Made by a program: the position numbers and the translations under genes. The notes under the pieces were generated by a model. It saw only the letters and a program-made list of their open reading frames with translations. It did not search any database and had not been told where the DNA came from. Source: a virus. Taken from it: a stretch of DNA of 64,000 bases. Shown here one piece after another: positions 28,728 to 38,383 of this stretch (its first letter is position 1; the number at the start of each line of letters is the position of its first letter). The DNA is taken from IMG/VR virus record IMGVR_UViG_3300027690_000119, positions 1,622-65,621 of that record; one strand, written 5' to 3'.

Positions 28728-28800
28728 TTCTGCTCCCCCCCCCTGCTCCCCGCTTCCTACTCCTTCCGCTCCCCGTTCCGCCTTCCGCGTTCCGCGCTTC

Positions 28801-29697
28801 CTAATACCGCGTACTATACCTCTGTCCCTGCAACCGCCTCAAAGCCGTCTCCCGGTTCACCCGCGCAATCTCGGCCAGATAGAGCTTGTGCAGATTCTCA
28901 AACCGCGACAATCCATCCTCGTAGTCCACATTGAACAGCCAGGCCGCCTCATAGCAGATGGCCCGGCAACTGATGGGTGAAAAACGCCATGAATCGTAGT
29001 CCGAATAGACCGGCGACGGCATGGCCAGGTAGGGCACATAGATCGTGTGCCCGCCCGTCTTTGAGGGTGCATCCAGGTAGACCTCGTAATTGGCCGCCGG
29101 CGTGATCACGTAGGCGTCGCCCTCGGCCCATTCGTCGCTGGTCCCGTTGAACAGGGCGCACACCAAATGCGTGTCGTCCGTCACCTCAAGGACCACGCCG
29201 TCGGACCCGTCCACGGTGTTATGGATGGTGTCCCTGACCTCCACCATGGGTTCAAAGAAGGCCCCCGAATCGTTCAGGATGCACCGGCCCCCGGCCGCCT
29301 CCCCCGCGCTGACGGCCGTGCCCGTGACCATGGCCTGACCGCTTTGCACGTCCCGGACGGCCAGCCTTCCGGGGATGTCCTTGGCCTCCGTATGGTTGGC
29401 TCGGTAGATCTTCTCGAACGAGGAGACACGCGGCCAGTAATCGCCATCCCCGTTGTTGTACTTGGCCAGATAACGGCCCTGCCGGTCCTTGAGATAGAGC
29501 CCGATAAAATTGGCAGGCAGGTTGTAGGCCTGCTGGCCCTCCACTGTGCCGATCTCGGCCATGGCCGTCAGGATCCGGGTCTGTCGTACAAAGTCTATGG
29601 CCGCAGCGTCCAGGCAGTCGTAAAAAAACCGCTTGTCCGATTCCGCAATCCCCCCCAGGGCCTGGACCCCGTAGTTATACAGCGTCTTTCCGTCCAT
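28801..29697 (-). CDS. Head-tail adaptor-like protein
   Basis: 298 aa; AAIDFVRQTRIL...YNLPANFI and AICYEAAW pattern. Confidence 0.6.
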   Translation of the reverse strand: MDGKTLYNYGVQALGGIAESDKRFFYDCLDAAAIDFVRQTRILTAMAEIGTVEGQQAYNLPANFIGLYLKDRQGRYLAKYNNGDGDYWPRVSSFEKIYRANHTEAKDIPGRLAVRDVQSGQAMVTGTAVSAGEAAGGRCILNDSGAFFEPMVEVRDTIHNTVDGSDGVVLEVTDDTHLVCALFNGTSDEWAEGDAYVITPAANYEVYLDAPSKTGGHTIYVPYLAMPSPVYSDYDSWRFSPISCRAICYEAAWLFNVDYEDGLSRFENLHKLYLAEIARVNRETALRRLQGQRYSTRY

Positions 29698-29702
29698 GAT
29701 GG

Positions 29703-29984
29703 CTATACCGTTTTCGCCGTGGCCTTCAGAGCGTCATCGATGGACGTCTTCTTTGTCGGCCCCTGGATCCGAAGCTTCTTGATTTGGACAGTCATCCGCT
29801 TTCCCCTGTCCCATTCATCGGTGTTTTCCGACATCCGCGTAACAGTGCCGATGACGAGCAATAGAACATTGTCATTTACACCCACCTGCTTAAAGCCGTC
29901 CGCGCTGATCTTTGCTTTTTCAGGGATAGACAACTCGCACCTGGGCGGATCTTTTACCGCCCTCACTGCTTCACTTTTCGCCAT
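29703..29984 (-). CDS. Hypothetical phage protein
   Basis: 93 aa ORF in the head operon. Confidence 0.7.
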   Translation of the reverse strand: MAKSEAVRAVKDPPRCELSIPEKAKISADGFKQVGVNDNVLLLVIGTVTRMSENTDEWDRGKRMTVQIKKLRIQGPTKKTSIDDALKATAKTV

Positions 29985-29999
29985 GATGCTTCTCCCGGT

Positions 30000-30161
30000 T
30001 TAAAACTCAATCTCCTCCCGCTTGCCCTCATATTCCGCTTCCCCCGCTACCACCCCACAATGGGGACACCGATCCACCTCTTCGTACATCCGGTCGTCTT
30101 CCATCCAGACCGCCCCGCACCGGTTGCACACCCGTATGGGCAGATCGGCAATATTGCTCAT
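30000..30161 (-). CDS. Small zinc-ribbon protein
   Basis: Manual translation MSNIADLPIRVCNRCG...RCPHCG..., 53 aa, GGAG RBS. Confidence 0.6.
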   Translation of the reverse strand: MSNIADLPIRVCNRCGAVWMEDDRMYEEVDRCPHCGVVAGEAEYEGKREEIEF

Positions 30162-30195
30162 GGATTATCTCCGTTGATCCGACTGATGAGACCGA

Positions 30196-30804
30196 TCAGA
30201 AGCTCTCCGCCACGTCCTCGATCGTTACCGTGCTTTCAGCCCCTTCCGCGCTCCCCGCTCCGACTTCCGCGTTCCCTTCCTCTTCCTCCTTCACCTCCAC
30301 GATCTGATACTCAAACCCGGCAATAGAGATCTGGTCGGCAAAGCCCCACCAGTCCGGCCGCCCCGAAAATCCGTACTCCGGCCAAGTGGCGGGTTCAGAC
30401 CAGTCGGCCTTTTTCTTTTTCCCATCCGCAGCCTTGGGCCTGCGCAGATACGTCATGCCGTCCAAATCGCTCGACTCGCCGTCCACGGCCGGAAGTCCTT
30501 CCAACTGCCGGGCCTCCTCCGCCTCTTGCAGGCGCTTATAATGAGCGGTTGACATCTTCTCGCCCACACGGTCCCACCATGCCAGGGCCAGTTTCCGCTG
30601 ATTCGCGGCCCCGATAATGTTCAGTTCCTCTTTCTTTTGCACCGGAGATCCATCCTTGTACCCGTACACGCCATTGGCGTGCAGATAGATCTGCCGTCCG
30701 TCCGACTCCTGCCACGACCGGAGCACGCTCACCGCCTTGAGTCCCGTGGTCCCGTCCGGCTTCTTCACCTTGACAAACAGTTTCTGCGCCATAAATACCC
30801 CCAA
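30196..30804 (-). CDS. Hypothetical phage protein
   Basis: 202 aa; C-terminus contains a heptamer-repeat-encoded segment (GNAEVGAGSAE). Confidence 0.7.
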   Translation of the reverse strand: MGVFMAQKLFVKVKKPDGTTGLKAVSVLRSWQESDGRQIYLHANGVYGYKDGSPVQKKEELNIIGAANQRKLALAWWDRVGEKMSTAHYKRLQEAEEARQLEGLPAVDGESSDLDGMTYLRRPKAADGKKKKADWSEPATWPEYGFSGRPDWWGFADQISIAGFEYQIVEVKEEEEGNAEVGAGSAEGAESTVTIEDVAESF

Positions 30805-30818
30805 GCAATTAATAAGTA

Positions 30819-30893
30819 AGAGTGAATAGTGAATAAGGAGACTGTGTTTTTCCTCAACTATTCACTTTTCACTATTCACTTCTCACTGTTCAC
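30819..30893. repeat. Inverted heptamer array (GTGAATA/TATTCAC) forming an intergenic hairpin
   Basis: AGTGAATAGTGAATA followed by CTATTCACTTTTCACTATTCACTTCTCACTGTTCAC. Confidence 0.75.
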
Positions 30894-30897
30894 TTTC

Positions 30898-31479
30898 CTA
30901 CTCTCCCACAAACAACATCCGCAACGTTGTGGCAGCCGGCGTGACTGCCGGATCCAGCTCGGCCAATCCCGCAGCCTCAACCGCCGCGCCCGCAAATGTG
31001 GGCTGGCTCACCGTGCCCGCCGGGGTCCCGCCGCTGGTCTCGCTCGATGTGAGTGTCCCGCCGCCCGTGGCCTCCAGGTGGTCCGTGTTGAGCGTCACTG
31101 CGTTCCCGCCCGTGCCATCCGCCACCGTATGAGCGTGGCTATGCACTGCCAGGGCCTCCCCGGTAAAGACGGGCTGGCTCACCGTGCCCGCCGGAGTAAA
31201 TCCCGCCGACGTAAAAATCTTGATCTTGTGATTCTCCCGGTCGTACCTGTATTCATACCCGTCCCCGGGCGGCTGCTCGATCAATCCGATGCCCATCTCC
31301 CGTTGAAGACCGAAGTGGCCGATATGCGGCAGGGGAATCCCTCCGCTGGGATAGGTGAGGATGCCGTCTCCGAACCGGATCACGGCCACCCCCATACATT
31401 TGCTCAATGCCCCGTGACCGATATCCCTGTCCCTGGGATTGACGGTCACCCAGACATCCGTACTTGCTAATGCTGTCAT
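30898..31479 (-). CDS. Head fibre/decoration-like protein
   Basis: 193 aa; TPAGTVSQP(V/T)F repeated twice. Confidence 0.65.
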   Translation of the reverse strand: MTALASTDVWVTVNPRDRDIGHGALSKCMGVAVIRFGDGILTYPSGGIPLPHIGHFGLQREMGIGLIEQPPGDGYEYRYDRENHKIKIFTSAGFTPAGTVSQPVFTGEALAVHSHAHTVADGTGGNAVTLNTDHLEATGGGTLTSSETSGGTPAGTVSQPTFAGAAVEAAGLAELDPAVTPAATTLRMLFVGE

Positions 31480-31596
31480 GTTGTGTCCTCCCGTTTAGGC
31501 AGGGAGCAGGGAGTCCCGCCGATGGCGGGATTGAGACCCCGCGCTCCGTGCTCCATGCTCCTTGCCGATTTCTCCGCGTTCCGCGCTCCCCGCTCA

Positions 31597-32058
31597 TTAC
31601 GCCGTTTCCACCAGGTTGCTCAAATTGGCCTTGGTTTCGGGCATGACCTCGACCAGGAGATCAGGCCTGAAATGACCCGCCTTATTGTCCCCGGTCGCAG
31701 GTACGGCCAGCTTTACAACCACTTCGTCTCCCGGTTCCAGAACCGTTCCCAGTGACGCCTCGTCATAGAGCACCTTACCGGCGCCGGTGGTGCCCATGAC
31801 GAAATGGGCAATATCCGCGGCCCCACGGCCAACATCGGACCCGAGCATCGGCCGCAGCTCGTAATCCACTTCCGGCGTTGTGGTGTCACCCCCGCACTCT
31901 TCGGTGACATTGAGTTGAGACCGCACCACTTGGCACTTGAAGGGCACGTGAAACACCCCCACGTCCGCTTCAGCCTGGTCGCAATCCACACCCAGGGGGT
32001 CGTCGTAATCGACAAACAAATCCAGCGGCAGGGAAGTCAAAAGATCGCTTCGTAACAT
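31597..32058 (-). CDS. Capsid decoration/cement-like protein
   Basis: 153 aa, directly downstream of the major capsid gene. Confidence 0.55.
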   Translation of the reverse strand: MLRSDLLTSLPLDLFVDYDDPLGVDCDQAEADVGVFHVPFKCQVVRSQLNVTEECGGDTTTPEVDYELRPMLGSDVGRGAADIAHFVMGTTGAGKVLYDEASLGTVLEPGDEVVVKLAVPATGDNKAGHFRPDLLVEVMPETKANLSNLVETA

Positions 32059-32129
32059 GGTGTTATCCTCCTGATTGGGTTGTGATCAGACAGATCGGCC
32101 GATCCGGCCGATCCGGCCGATCCTGTTGT

Positions 32130-33101
32130 TTACTGGCTGGCTATCCGCACGATCCGCGCCTCGCGGTCCGTGGCGGTCGGGAACTTCACGCCATAGGCCA
32201 CGGTCCCGTACCAGGCCACCGCATGCCGCCGCCCGAAGTCGGCCACATAATTGGGTTGCGCCCGAAGGTGCGGAAATTCGATCTCGATCCGGGCCACCGC
32301 ATCCTTGCCGAAGATCACCCCTTCACCCAGGACATTGCCGCTCCCCACGGAATTGCTGAGGGCCGACTCGTTGTTGACCTCCATCATGCGCACGCTCTCG
32401 ACCTGTCCAATCTCTCCCCGGTAGATGTGGTCCCCCTTGCGGAGGTACATGTTCCAGGCCTCGATCACCCGGTCATCCCGCAGCCCGCGCAACGCCTTGG
32501 TGCTCATGAGCCCGATATAGTGCTCGCCCTCGTAATAGGGGACGTGCAGGTCCTTGTTCATGTAGTCGCGGATGGTGGAGACGTGGTGCTTGGTGAGGTT
32601 GACCAGAGCCATAGTGGACGGGGTCCCGTCCGTGTCCCAGACACCGCCGGTGAGGCTGGTGGGGATAAAGATCACCTTGGCGTCCGCCCCTGTAAACTCC
32701 GAGGCCGCGGCCACGTCCATGGCCTGGTTCATCTGGTCGATCAGGCCCTCCTGTGCCCCCTGCTTGGGGTCGAATTTACTGAGCTGCCGCGCCAGGTCGG
32801 TGTACTCCAGGCCCCGTCCCCATTCCTTGATGGTGATCTCCGATTTTCCCATGGTGAGCTGATCGATGGGGATCCGGGTGGTCTCCTCCAGCTCCGCAGA
32901 AGCGGGGTCGCTCAAGGGCTTGTAATAAATGAGCGTGATGCTCTCCCCCTTGCCCTTGCCGAACGAATCCTCCTTCTTGGTGAACGGCACAAATTTCCAC
33001 TGCCGGGCCGCCACCTTCAAGAGTTGCCCTGACAGGTGATGATTCTTGTAAACGCCCGTCTGGGCGTCGTAAGTCCAGGTAAATGTCGCTTCGGTTGGCA
33101 T
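32130..33101 (-). CDS. Major capsid protein (N4-gp56-like)
   Basis: 323 aa; GKGKGESITL, ITIKEWG, GEIGQVESVRMME, DFGR motifs; follows scaffold. Confidence 0.85.
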   Translation of the reverse strand: MPTEATFTWTYDAQTGVYKNHHLSGQLLKVAARQWKFVPFTKKEDSFGKGKGESITLIYYKPLSDPASAELEETTRIPIDQLTMGKSEITIKEWGRGLEYTDLARQLSKFDPKQGAQEGLIDQMNQAMDVAAASEFTGADAKVIFIPTSLTGGVWDTDGTPSTMALVNLTKHHVSTIRDYMNKDLHVPYYEGEHYIGLMSTKALRGLRDDRVIEAWNMYLRKGDHIYRGEIGQVESVRMMEVNNESALSNSVGSGNVLGEGVIFGKDAVARIEIEFPHLRAQPNYVADFGRRHAVAWYGTVAYGVKFPTATDREARIVRIASQ

Positions 33102-33181
33102 TGCTTATTTCCTCCGTTGGCGGGGAGCAGGGGCAGGGGGCATGGAGTTGGTTTCCGCGCTCCGCGCTCCTCGCTCCGCGC

Positions 33182-34261
33182 TTATAATCGCCGCTCCTCC
33201 ATGGCATCCTCAAGGGCGTCATTCAGGGTCACCACCTTGGGTGCCGGGGGTTTCCCAGCGCTCCGGTCCGCCGGGGACCGGCCCAAAGGGAGGCTTTTTT
33301 CCTGATGGGCTTCACTCTGCCTTTCCGCCTCTTTCTTAAGGCGCTCCTGGAAGCGCTGCTCCTGTTTTTTGTGATATTCCCTGGTGGCCTCGATGGCCCA
33401 TTGAACCTGATCGTCAAAGGAAAGGGCCTGTCCGTCCGGCCCCTGGCTCGGGGCATAGGTGCAAATCATCCGAAAATAGTCGTCTTCCGGATCGATCTTT
33501 GCGTTCCTGGCCGCCTCTTCCGCCATGGCCCAGGCCGCAGCAGGGTCTTCCGCGCTCCCCGCTCCGCCTTCCGCGTTCCGCGTTCCGAGTTCCGCGCTCC
33601 CCGCTTCCAGCTCCCTCCGCTTGACCTCAATAGCCGCGTCCTTCTCGGCCCACACCCGGGCCACCCGCTTTCGATAGTCCTCAGCGTCCGGATCCAACTC
33701 GTCGATTTTGTCCAAGGCCTGCTCGTGTTGCTCGGCCATAAAATCCACCAGATTCCGGTCCCGCTCTTCCTGTTCCTTCCGCTGTTGTTCCGCATCCTGG
33801 GCCGTCTTGAGTTCAGCCCGCAGCCGGGCGGCCTCCTGCTCGGCCCGCGTCTTGGCGGCCTGCAAATGCCGGTATCCTTCTTCGGCCTCCGTATGGTCCT
33901 TGAAACGAAACCGCGGCTTCTCCTCTTCCGCGCTTTGCGCACTGCCTTCCGCGCTCCGCTTTCCGCCTTCCGCGTTCAAAGGCGCTTCCCCTTCCTTGGG
34001 TTCCGCCCCTTCCTTCTCCGTCTTCGGTCTTTCGTCTCCGACTTCCGACTTCCGACTTCCGACTTCCGCGCTCACTCCCGGAGGGCTGTCATCTGCACCA
34101 TCGGAATCCGGGGTAATGGCTTTCTCTTCCGAGCTCCGTGCTCCTTGCTCCGAGCTCAAATCTTCCCGGGCCGCCTCTTCGAGTTCTCCCTGGAATCGCG
34201 CCATGCCCTCATCCATAATCTGATCCAGATCCAGCGTGGTCTCCCCTGCTTGTGTTCCCAT
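33182..34261 (-). CDS. Scaffolding protein
   Basis: 359 aa, acidic, coiled; FKDHTEAEEGYRHLQ; between portal and capsid; contains several heptamer-derived inserts. Confidence 0.75.
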   Translation of the reverse strand: MGTQAGETTLDLDQIMDEGMARFQGELEEAAREDLSSEQGARSSEEKAITPDSDGADDSPPGVSAEVGSRKSEVGDERPKTEKEGAEPKEGEAPLNAEGGKRSAEGSAQSAEEEKPRFRFKDHTEAEEGYRHLQAAKTRAEQEAARLRAELKTAQDAEQQRKEQEERDRNLVDFMAEQHEQALDKIDELDPDAEDYRKRVARVWAEKDAAIEVKRRELEAGSAELGTRNAEGGAGSAEDPAAAWAMAEEAARNAKIDPEDDYFRMICTYAPSQGPDGQALSFDDQVQWAIEATREYHKKQEQRFQERLKKEAERQSEAHQEKSLPLGRSPADRSAGKPPAPKVVTLNDALEDAMEERRL

Positions 34262-34316
34262 AAAATTCCTTTCCTTCCGCGTTCCGCCTTCCGCGTTCCG
34301 CTCTCAAGTGGGGCAT

Positions 34317-34400
34317 AAAAAAAGGCCGACATGGAGTGTATGGCCTCCATACCGGCCTTTTTTCGTAGCCTTGGGGTGATCAAGCCCCTCAGCCGCCCCG
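34317..34400 (-). promoter_or_regulatory. Late-operon leader motif, copy A (before scaffold/capsid operon)
   Basis: GGGG/CCCC hairpin with CUUGAUCA loop, A6, GGCCG-GU-AUGGAG-GCCAUACA-CUCCAU-GU-CGGCC, U7. Confidence 0.75.
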
Positions 34401-34430
34401 TCTTTTAGTCGATCGGTCCGATCAGCCCGA

Positions 34431-34775
34431 TCAGCCCGATCCGTTTAATCTCTTTATTCCCCCCATATGCGCCTGATACAATTTATCCACGGCCTGCTTG
34501 GCCGCATTAAACCGGTGCCCCATATCTGCAATGATCTTCTGGTACCCGGAGGCCTCCGGATCGTCGCGGATCAACTCCAGGACTCTGGCAATCAGCCGCT
34601 TTTCCACCAGGCCCCGAAACCGGGCGCCCTCATCGGAAAACCCCAGGGCCAGGTCCTCAGCCCTTGCCCGCAGCTCGGCCTCGGTCTGCGCCCGCTTCCG
34701 CTCCCGATCCGCCTGGCCGCCGTCCAATACCTTGGGCCGCCGTGTCACAATGTCGATGCTCGCTCCCGGTTCCAT
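34431..34775 (-). CDS. Hypothetical phage protein
   Basis: 114 aa helical ORF after the portal. Confidence 0.65.
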   Translation of the reverse strand: MEPGASIDIVTRRPKVLDGGQADRERKRAQTEAELRARAEDLALGFSDEGARFRGLVEKRLIARVLELIRDDPEASGYQKIIADMGHRFNAAKQAVDKLYQAHMGGIKRLNGSG

Positions 34776-34849
34776 CAGACCACCCCCTAAAGAATTTTCT
34801 CACACAGAGCCCACAGGGCCACAGAGGTTTAAATTAGCAGAAAACCTTT

Positions 34850-35032
34850 TCACCTTCTCTGTAGTTTCAAAATGAGCTTTTTCGGGCTGATAGCGTGTAT
34901 TTTGAACGTGCTCCCCTTTAATTCAACAATTTCACCAACTCGGAAAACCCCAGAATCCGTGGGCCACTTTTTTTCAGCTTGTTCAAAGATATCTTTTGGT
35001 ATCTCGGCGAAATACCCATTCCCTGTATCCAT
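34850..35032 (-). CDS. AT-rich small cargo gene flanked by inverted 9-mer arrays
   Basis: 60 aa; AAGGAG RBS adjoining the repeat at 35046-35072; inverted copy at 34799-34827. Confidence 0.7.
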   Translation of the reverse strand: MDTGNGYFAEIPKDIFEQAEKKWPTDSGVFRVGEIVELKGSTFKIHAISPKKLILKLQRR

Positions 35033-35085
35033 TTATGGCTCCTTTCTCTGTGTCTCTGTGCCTCTGTGTGAGATATGCCCTTGTC

Positions 35086-35190
35086 CCGACTTCCGCGCTC
35101 TCTACTCCCCACTCCCTGCCCCTTGCTCTTTGCTCTTTGCCCCATGCTCCCTACTGCCTACTCCCTACTCCCTGCTCCCTGCTCTCTCCT
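35086..35190. repeat. Heptamer tandem array (CTCCCTG/CTCTTTG/CTCCCTA variants)
   Basis: More than ten degenerate 7-nt units at the portal 3' end. Confidence 0.8.
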
Positions 35191-37063
35191 CCCCGCCCGG
35201 CCCTTCCACCGCAGCCACCAAGTCCGCCATCTCCTTCACCTCTGCCACATTCCGATCCGCGTTCGCCTGATCCTCGGCCTGGGCCGCCCGGGCCTGGTTA
35301 TCCTTGTCGATCGCCTTGGCCTCGTCCTCTGTCACGATCACCCCTTCATCGTTCAGGTTCACCCGCTCCACAACCGCCGTCAATGTCTTATAGGCCCGGA
35401 TATACCGCCCAAACGGCGCCTTTTCAGCCAGCGGAATAATGATTTCCTGCAACGCCTTCAGGGCCTCGTTTTCCTTCATCAGGGCCTGGATGCCCGAGAC
35501 ATGAAATGTCCCATCGAATGCCGGCACGCCCGACACGCCGTTAGGCGCCTGGGGGTTGGGCGCCAGCCCGTATTCCACTAACTCTTCCGGACTGAATATC
35601 CCGGCATAATCCTGATATCCCGCATGGGTCTGAATAATCTCCAGGCCCGCCATGATCGCCTCCACGGCCCCGGCCTCGATGTTCTCGCCCATTAAGGAAT
35701 AGACCCCCATGGCCTGATCCAACAGCATGGCCGATTCCCGGTAGGTCATGTCCTGCCGGTATCCAGGCAGGCCCTGGACTGCATCCGTGACAAACGACCC
35801 CCGTTGAAACTGCTGGTCCCGGTACTGCATCCCGGCCAGCACGTCATTGGTCCGGCTCCGGCGGTCCACGGTCCGCACGGCCTGCTGTCCGCTGATGGTA
35901 TCCTTTACCGCATAGTTCTTGCCCGGCCAGCCCTCCACATCGTTGGGATCCACCAGGGCGTCCACGTTCACTTCCGTCATGGGATTGACCACCCACTGGA
36001 GATAGTCCTGGTCCAGGCACATGATATTGTTCATGGCCTCCCAGATCGAGAGGACCCCTTCCAACAGGCCCCGGCCTCCAAAGGCCAGGAGGTTGGGCAG
36101 GGGCGAAAACGCAATCCCCGGCCACCGCAGCCGTTGGTAGGGCACGGCCCGGGGCATCTGGATCACCCGGCCCCCGGCCACGGTGTAGGTGGCCCTGGGC
36201 AGCAGGACCTCCCCTTTCGGATCCAGCACAATCCCCCAGAACTCCGATGTCAGGATCAAGGTTCGGAATTGGGACCGCTGCCATATCATTTCCTTGCGGG
36301 CTGCAATGGCCTCTTTGGTCATCAGGGGATTTTCCGGGTCCTCGTCGGTGACCTCCTTGACCCGGGCCACGTCAACATACCGCTCCGCCTTCTCGCCCTG
36401 CTTCAGCACAAAATAGTCGAGCCATTCCTGGTGAACCCAGAAGATCCCGGACTGGCAGTCCCGGTTGAGGGCATCCGGATCACGGTGGATCTTCCACGGC
36501 TCGATCAGGGTGTATTCCAGGCCCTTGCCCGGAACCCACCGGGGAACCATCTCCAGGGAGACGCCCACGGCCAGGGCCATGGTCACCGCATCCGTGAACC
36601 GGATGGGGAAATTGGCGTGCGATTTATTCAGATGCCGCTCCATCACCTTCTGATGAAACGCTGCGGCCCTCTTATTGACCGCGTTTTCCACACTCAGAAA
36701 ATTGGGCGAAAAGGCCTTTTTAACGGCCGCGGCCCCGTACTGGACCGTCTGAAAGGGTTTGGGCACCACAATCCGCGACTGCCACTCCTCTTTATCCGCA
36801 TAACTGACCGGCTCGTTCTCGTTGTAGACGTTCCAGCAATCGCTCTGAATGCGGCGGATATCCTTCTGCGCCTCGATGGACTGCTTCAAACAGTCCTTGC
36901 AGTAGTCCACAAAATGCTGTTCATTCTCACCCGAATAGGCCCGGGCCGCCTCCTCCCGTTCCTTCAATTCCTGCGGGTCCCGCACCGAATTGGGAGAAAG
37001 CGTATCCATCTCCCGCTTGCGGTTCAACAGCTCGAATGAAGGGTCCGCCATCTGAATGGGCAT
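35165..37063 (-). CDS. Portal protein
   Basis: 632 aa; WQSRIVVPKPFQTV motif; size and position between terminase and scaffold. Confidence 0.85.
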   Translation of the reverse strand: MPIQMADPSFELLNRKREMDTLSPNSVRDPQELKEREEAARAYSGENEQHFVDYCKDCLKQSIEAQKDIRRIQSDCWNVYNENEPVSYADKEEWQSRIVVPKPFQTVQYGAAAVKKAFSPNFLSVENAVNKRAAAFHQKVMERHLNKSHANFPIRFTDAVTMALAVGVSLEMVPRWVPGKGLEYTLIEPWKIHRDPDALNRDCQSGIFWVHQEWLDYFVLKQGEKAERYVDVARVKEVTDEDPENPLMTKEAIAARKEMIWQRSQFRTLILTSEFWGIVLDPKGEVLLPRATYTVAGGRVIQMPRAVPYQRLRWPGIAFSPLPNLLAFGGRGLLEGVLSIWEAMNNIMCLDQDYLQWVVNPMTEVNVDALVDPNDVEGWPGKNYAVKDTISGQQAVRTVDRRSRTNDVLAGMQYRDQQFQRGSFVTDAVQGLPGYRQDMTYRESAMLLDQAMGVYSLMGENIEAGAVEAIMAGLEIIQTHAGYQDYAGIFSPEELVEYGLAPNPQAPNGVSGVPAFDGTFHVSGIQALMKENEALKALQEIIIPLAEKAPFGRYIRAYKTLTAVVERVNLNDEGVIVTEDEAKAIDKDNQARAAQAEDQANADRNVAEVKEMADLVAAVEGPGGEERAGSRE

Positions 37064-37074
37064 GGGTTGCTCCG

Positions 37075-37440
37075 TTATCCCTCGGGCTTTTTGGCCTCAT
37101 CGGGCGTCTTGGATGTGCTGCTATTCAACTGCCTCAACGCCATATAAAGAGTCCCGGCGCTCACGGACCATCTATACGTGAAGGTGAGTTCATCTTCACT
37201 GTCAAGGCCAAATTCTGTTTGGTTAAGCATGAGCTTCAGGATCTTTCTCTTTGCGGTTCTCACAAAGAAATCCCGGAGGCAGGCATACACATTGTTCACC
37301 ACGGCCATCTGGTCAGGGATCGGCAACTCAGAAAATCGGAATAACGGCTTACGATCTTCAGGGTTAATAAGGGCGTTGTATTCTCTTATTATGGCGTCAT
37401 CCTTTATCGTCTTTACAGCCTTCTCTTTACGCTTAGCCAT
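37075..37440 (-). CDS. Hypothetical phage protein
   Basis: 121 aa, AT-richer, RBS present. Confidence 0.65.
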   Translation of the reverse strand: MAKRKEKAVKTIKDDAIIREYNALINPEDRKPLFRFSELPIPDQMAVVNNVYACLRDFFVRTAKRKILKLMLNQTEFGLDSEDELTFTYRWSVSAGTLYMALRQLNSSTSKTPDEAKKPEG

Positions 37441-37675
37441 TAGCGACCTCCTTCTTCATCCTCGGCATGGCCTGTATCCGCACGCTGCTTGCAATACGCC
37501 CGCCGCCGATGGTCACCTCGGGAACCATTATGCAATCAAACCGCTGAAGCACGATGTCGATCTCGTTCATACACCGCTTCTCACGCACCCGGTCGTCCCC
37601 CACAATTTCCTTAACCCTCTGCTGCCTGGCCGCCCCCGCCATGGCCGCCTGAAACGGATCCATCGTAGTTGCCAT
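37433..37675 (-). CDS. Hypothetical phage protein
   Basis: 80 aa; GGAGG RBS. Confidence 0.65.
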   Translation of the reverse strand: MATTMDPFQAAMAGAARQQRVKEIVGDDRVREKRCMNEIDIVLQRFDCIMVPEVTIGGGRIASSVRIQAMPRMKKEVANG

Positions 37676-37700
37676 AAACCCTCCTGTGTCATTGTGTAAG

Positions 37701-37775
37701 TGGAGGCGGGGAGGGGAATCGAACCCCCGGTTTCCGGCGTATGAGACCGGCGCCTTACCGCTTGGCTACCCCGCG
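37701..37775 (-). tRNA. Phage-encoded tRNA with CAT anticodon (atypical Met/fMet-like)
   Basis: Cloverleaf; anticodon arm CCGGU-CUCAUAC-GCCGG; TTCGATT T-loop; 3' CCA encoded; C1xC72 mismatch, U73. Confidence 0.85.
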
Positions 37776-37973
37776 CTACGGTTTACTTGTCTTCATCCCC
37801 GTCTGCGGATCGCGCCCCATGCTGATCCGGACCAGCCCGATCAACAGCGTCAGGATATGGTCGTCAATCACCCACCGGGTCTTTTTGGCGACCCATTTCA
37901 GCCCGCCCAAAAAGACCAGGATGATCGGTGCGATCCACCACCAGTTGGCGATGATGACGGTAACGGCGTCCAT
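37776..37973 (-). CDS. Small membrane protein, holin-like
   Basis: 65 aa with two hydrophobic segments and a basic loop. Confidence 0.5.
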   Translation of the reverse strand: MDAVTVIIANWWWIAPIILVFLGGLKWVAKKTRWVIDDHILTLLIGLVRISMGRDPQTGMKTSKP

Positions 37974-37976
37974 TTT

Positions 37977-38165
37977 TTAGTCCTGCTTGTAACCGAAGGC
38001 CCCGTCCGCCATGGCCACGACCCGGTCGTCCCAGATGTTGTCCGGTCTATTGACCTTTTCAATCAGCACATCCCGCAACATGGTCCGATACAGCATATCG
38101 CCCGCCGAAAACCCCATCGATTCAATCGTGCTGACCCCTACATTGGGTGATAATTCATTTGGCAT
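37977..38165 (-). CDS. Small hypothetical protein
   Basis: MPNELSP..., PDNIWDD motif, GGAG RBS. Confidence 0.6.
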   Translation of the reverse strand: MPNELSPNVGVSTIESMGFSAGDMLYRTMLRDVLIEKVNRPDNIWDDRVVAMADGAFGYKQD

Positions 38166-38179
38166 AACCGTTTCTCCTT

Positions 38180-38383
38180 TCATTCTTTATCGATCATTTC
38201 TCGAAATTGCCTGTCCGACTCCCTTGCCGCCTTCAATTTGTCGTCCAACTCATCCCGGCCCCTTTGGCGTCTCTTAGCAATCCGCTCCCACAATCTCGTC
38301 AGGTTCACCTTCCCGCCGATCCGCCAGTGCCCCCGCCGCCTGGCCATGTGCTCATATGCCTCTTGCGTGCCTTCCAAGCTCAC
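38180..38383 (-). CDS. Small basic hypothetical protein
   Basis: 67 aa, overlaps the upstream stop. Confidence 0.55.
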   Translation of the reverse strand: MSLEGTQEAYEHMARRRGHWRIGGKVNLTRLWERIAKRRQRGRDELDDKLKAARESDRQFREMIDKE

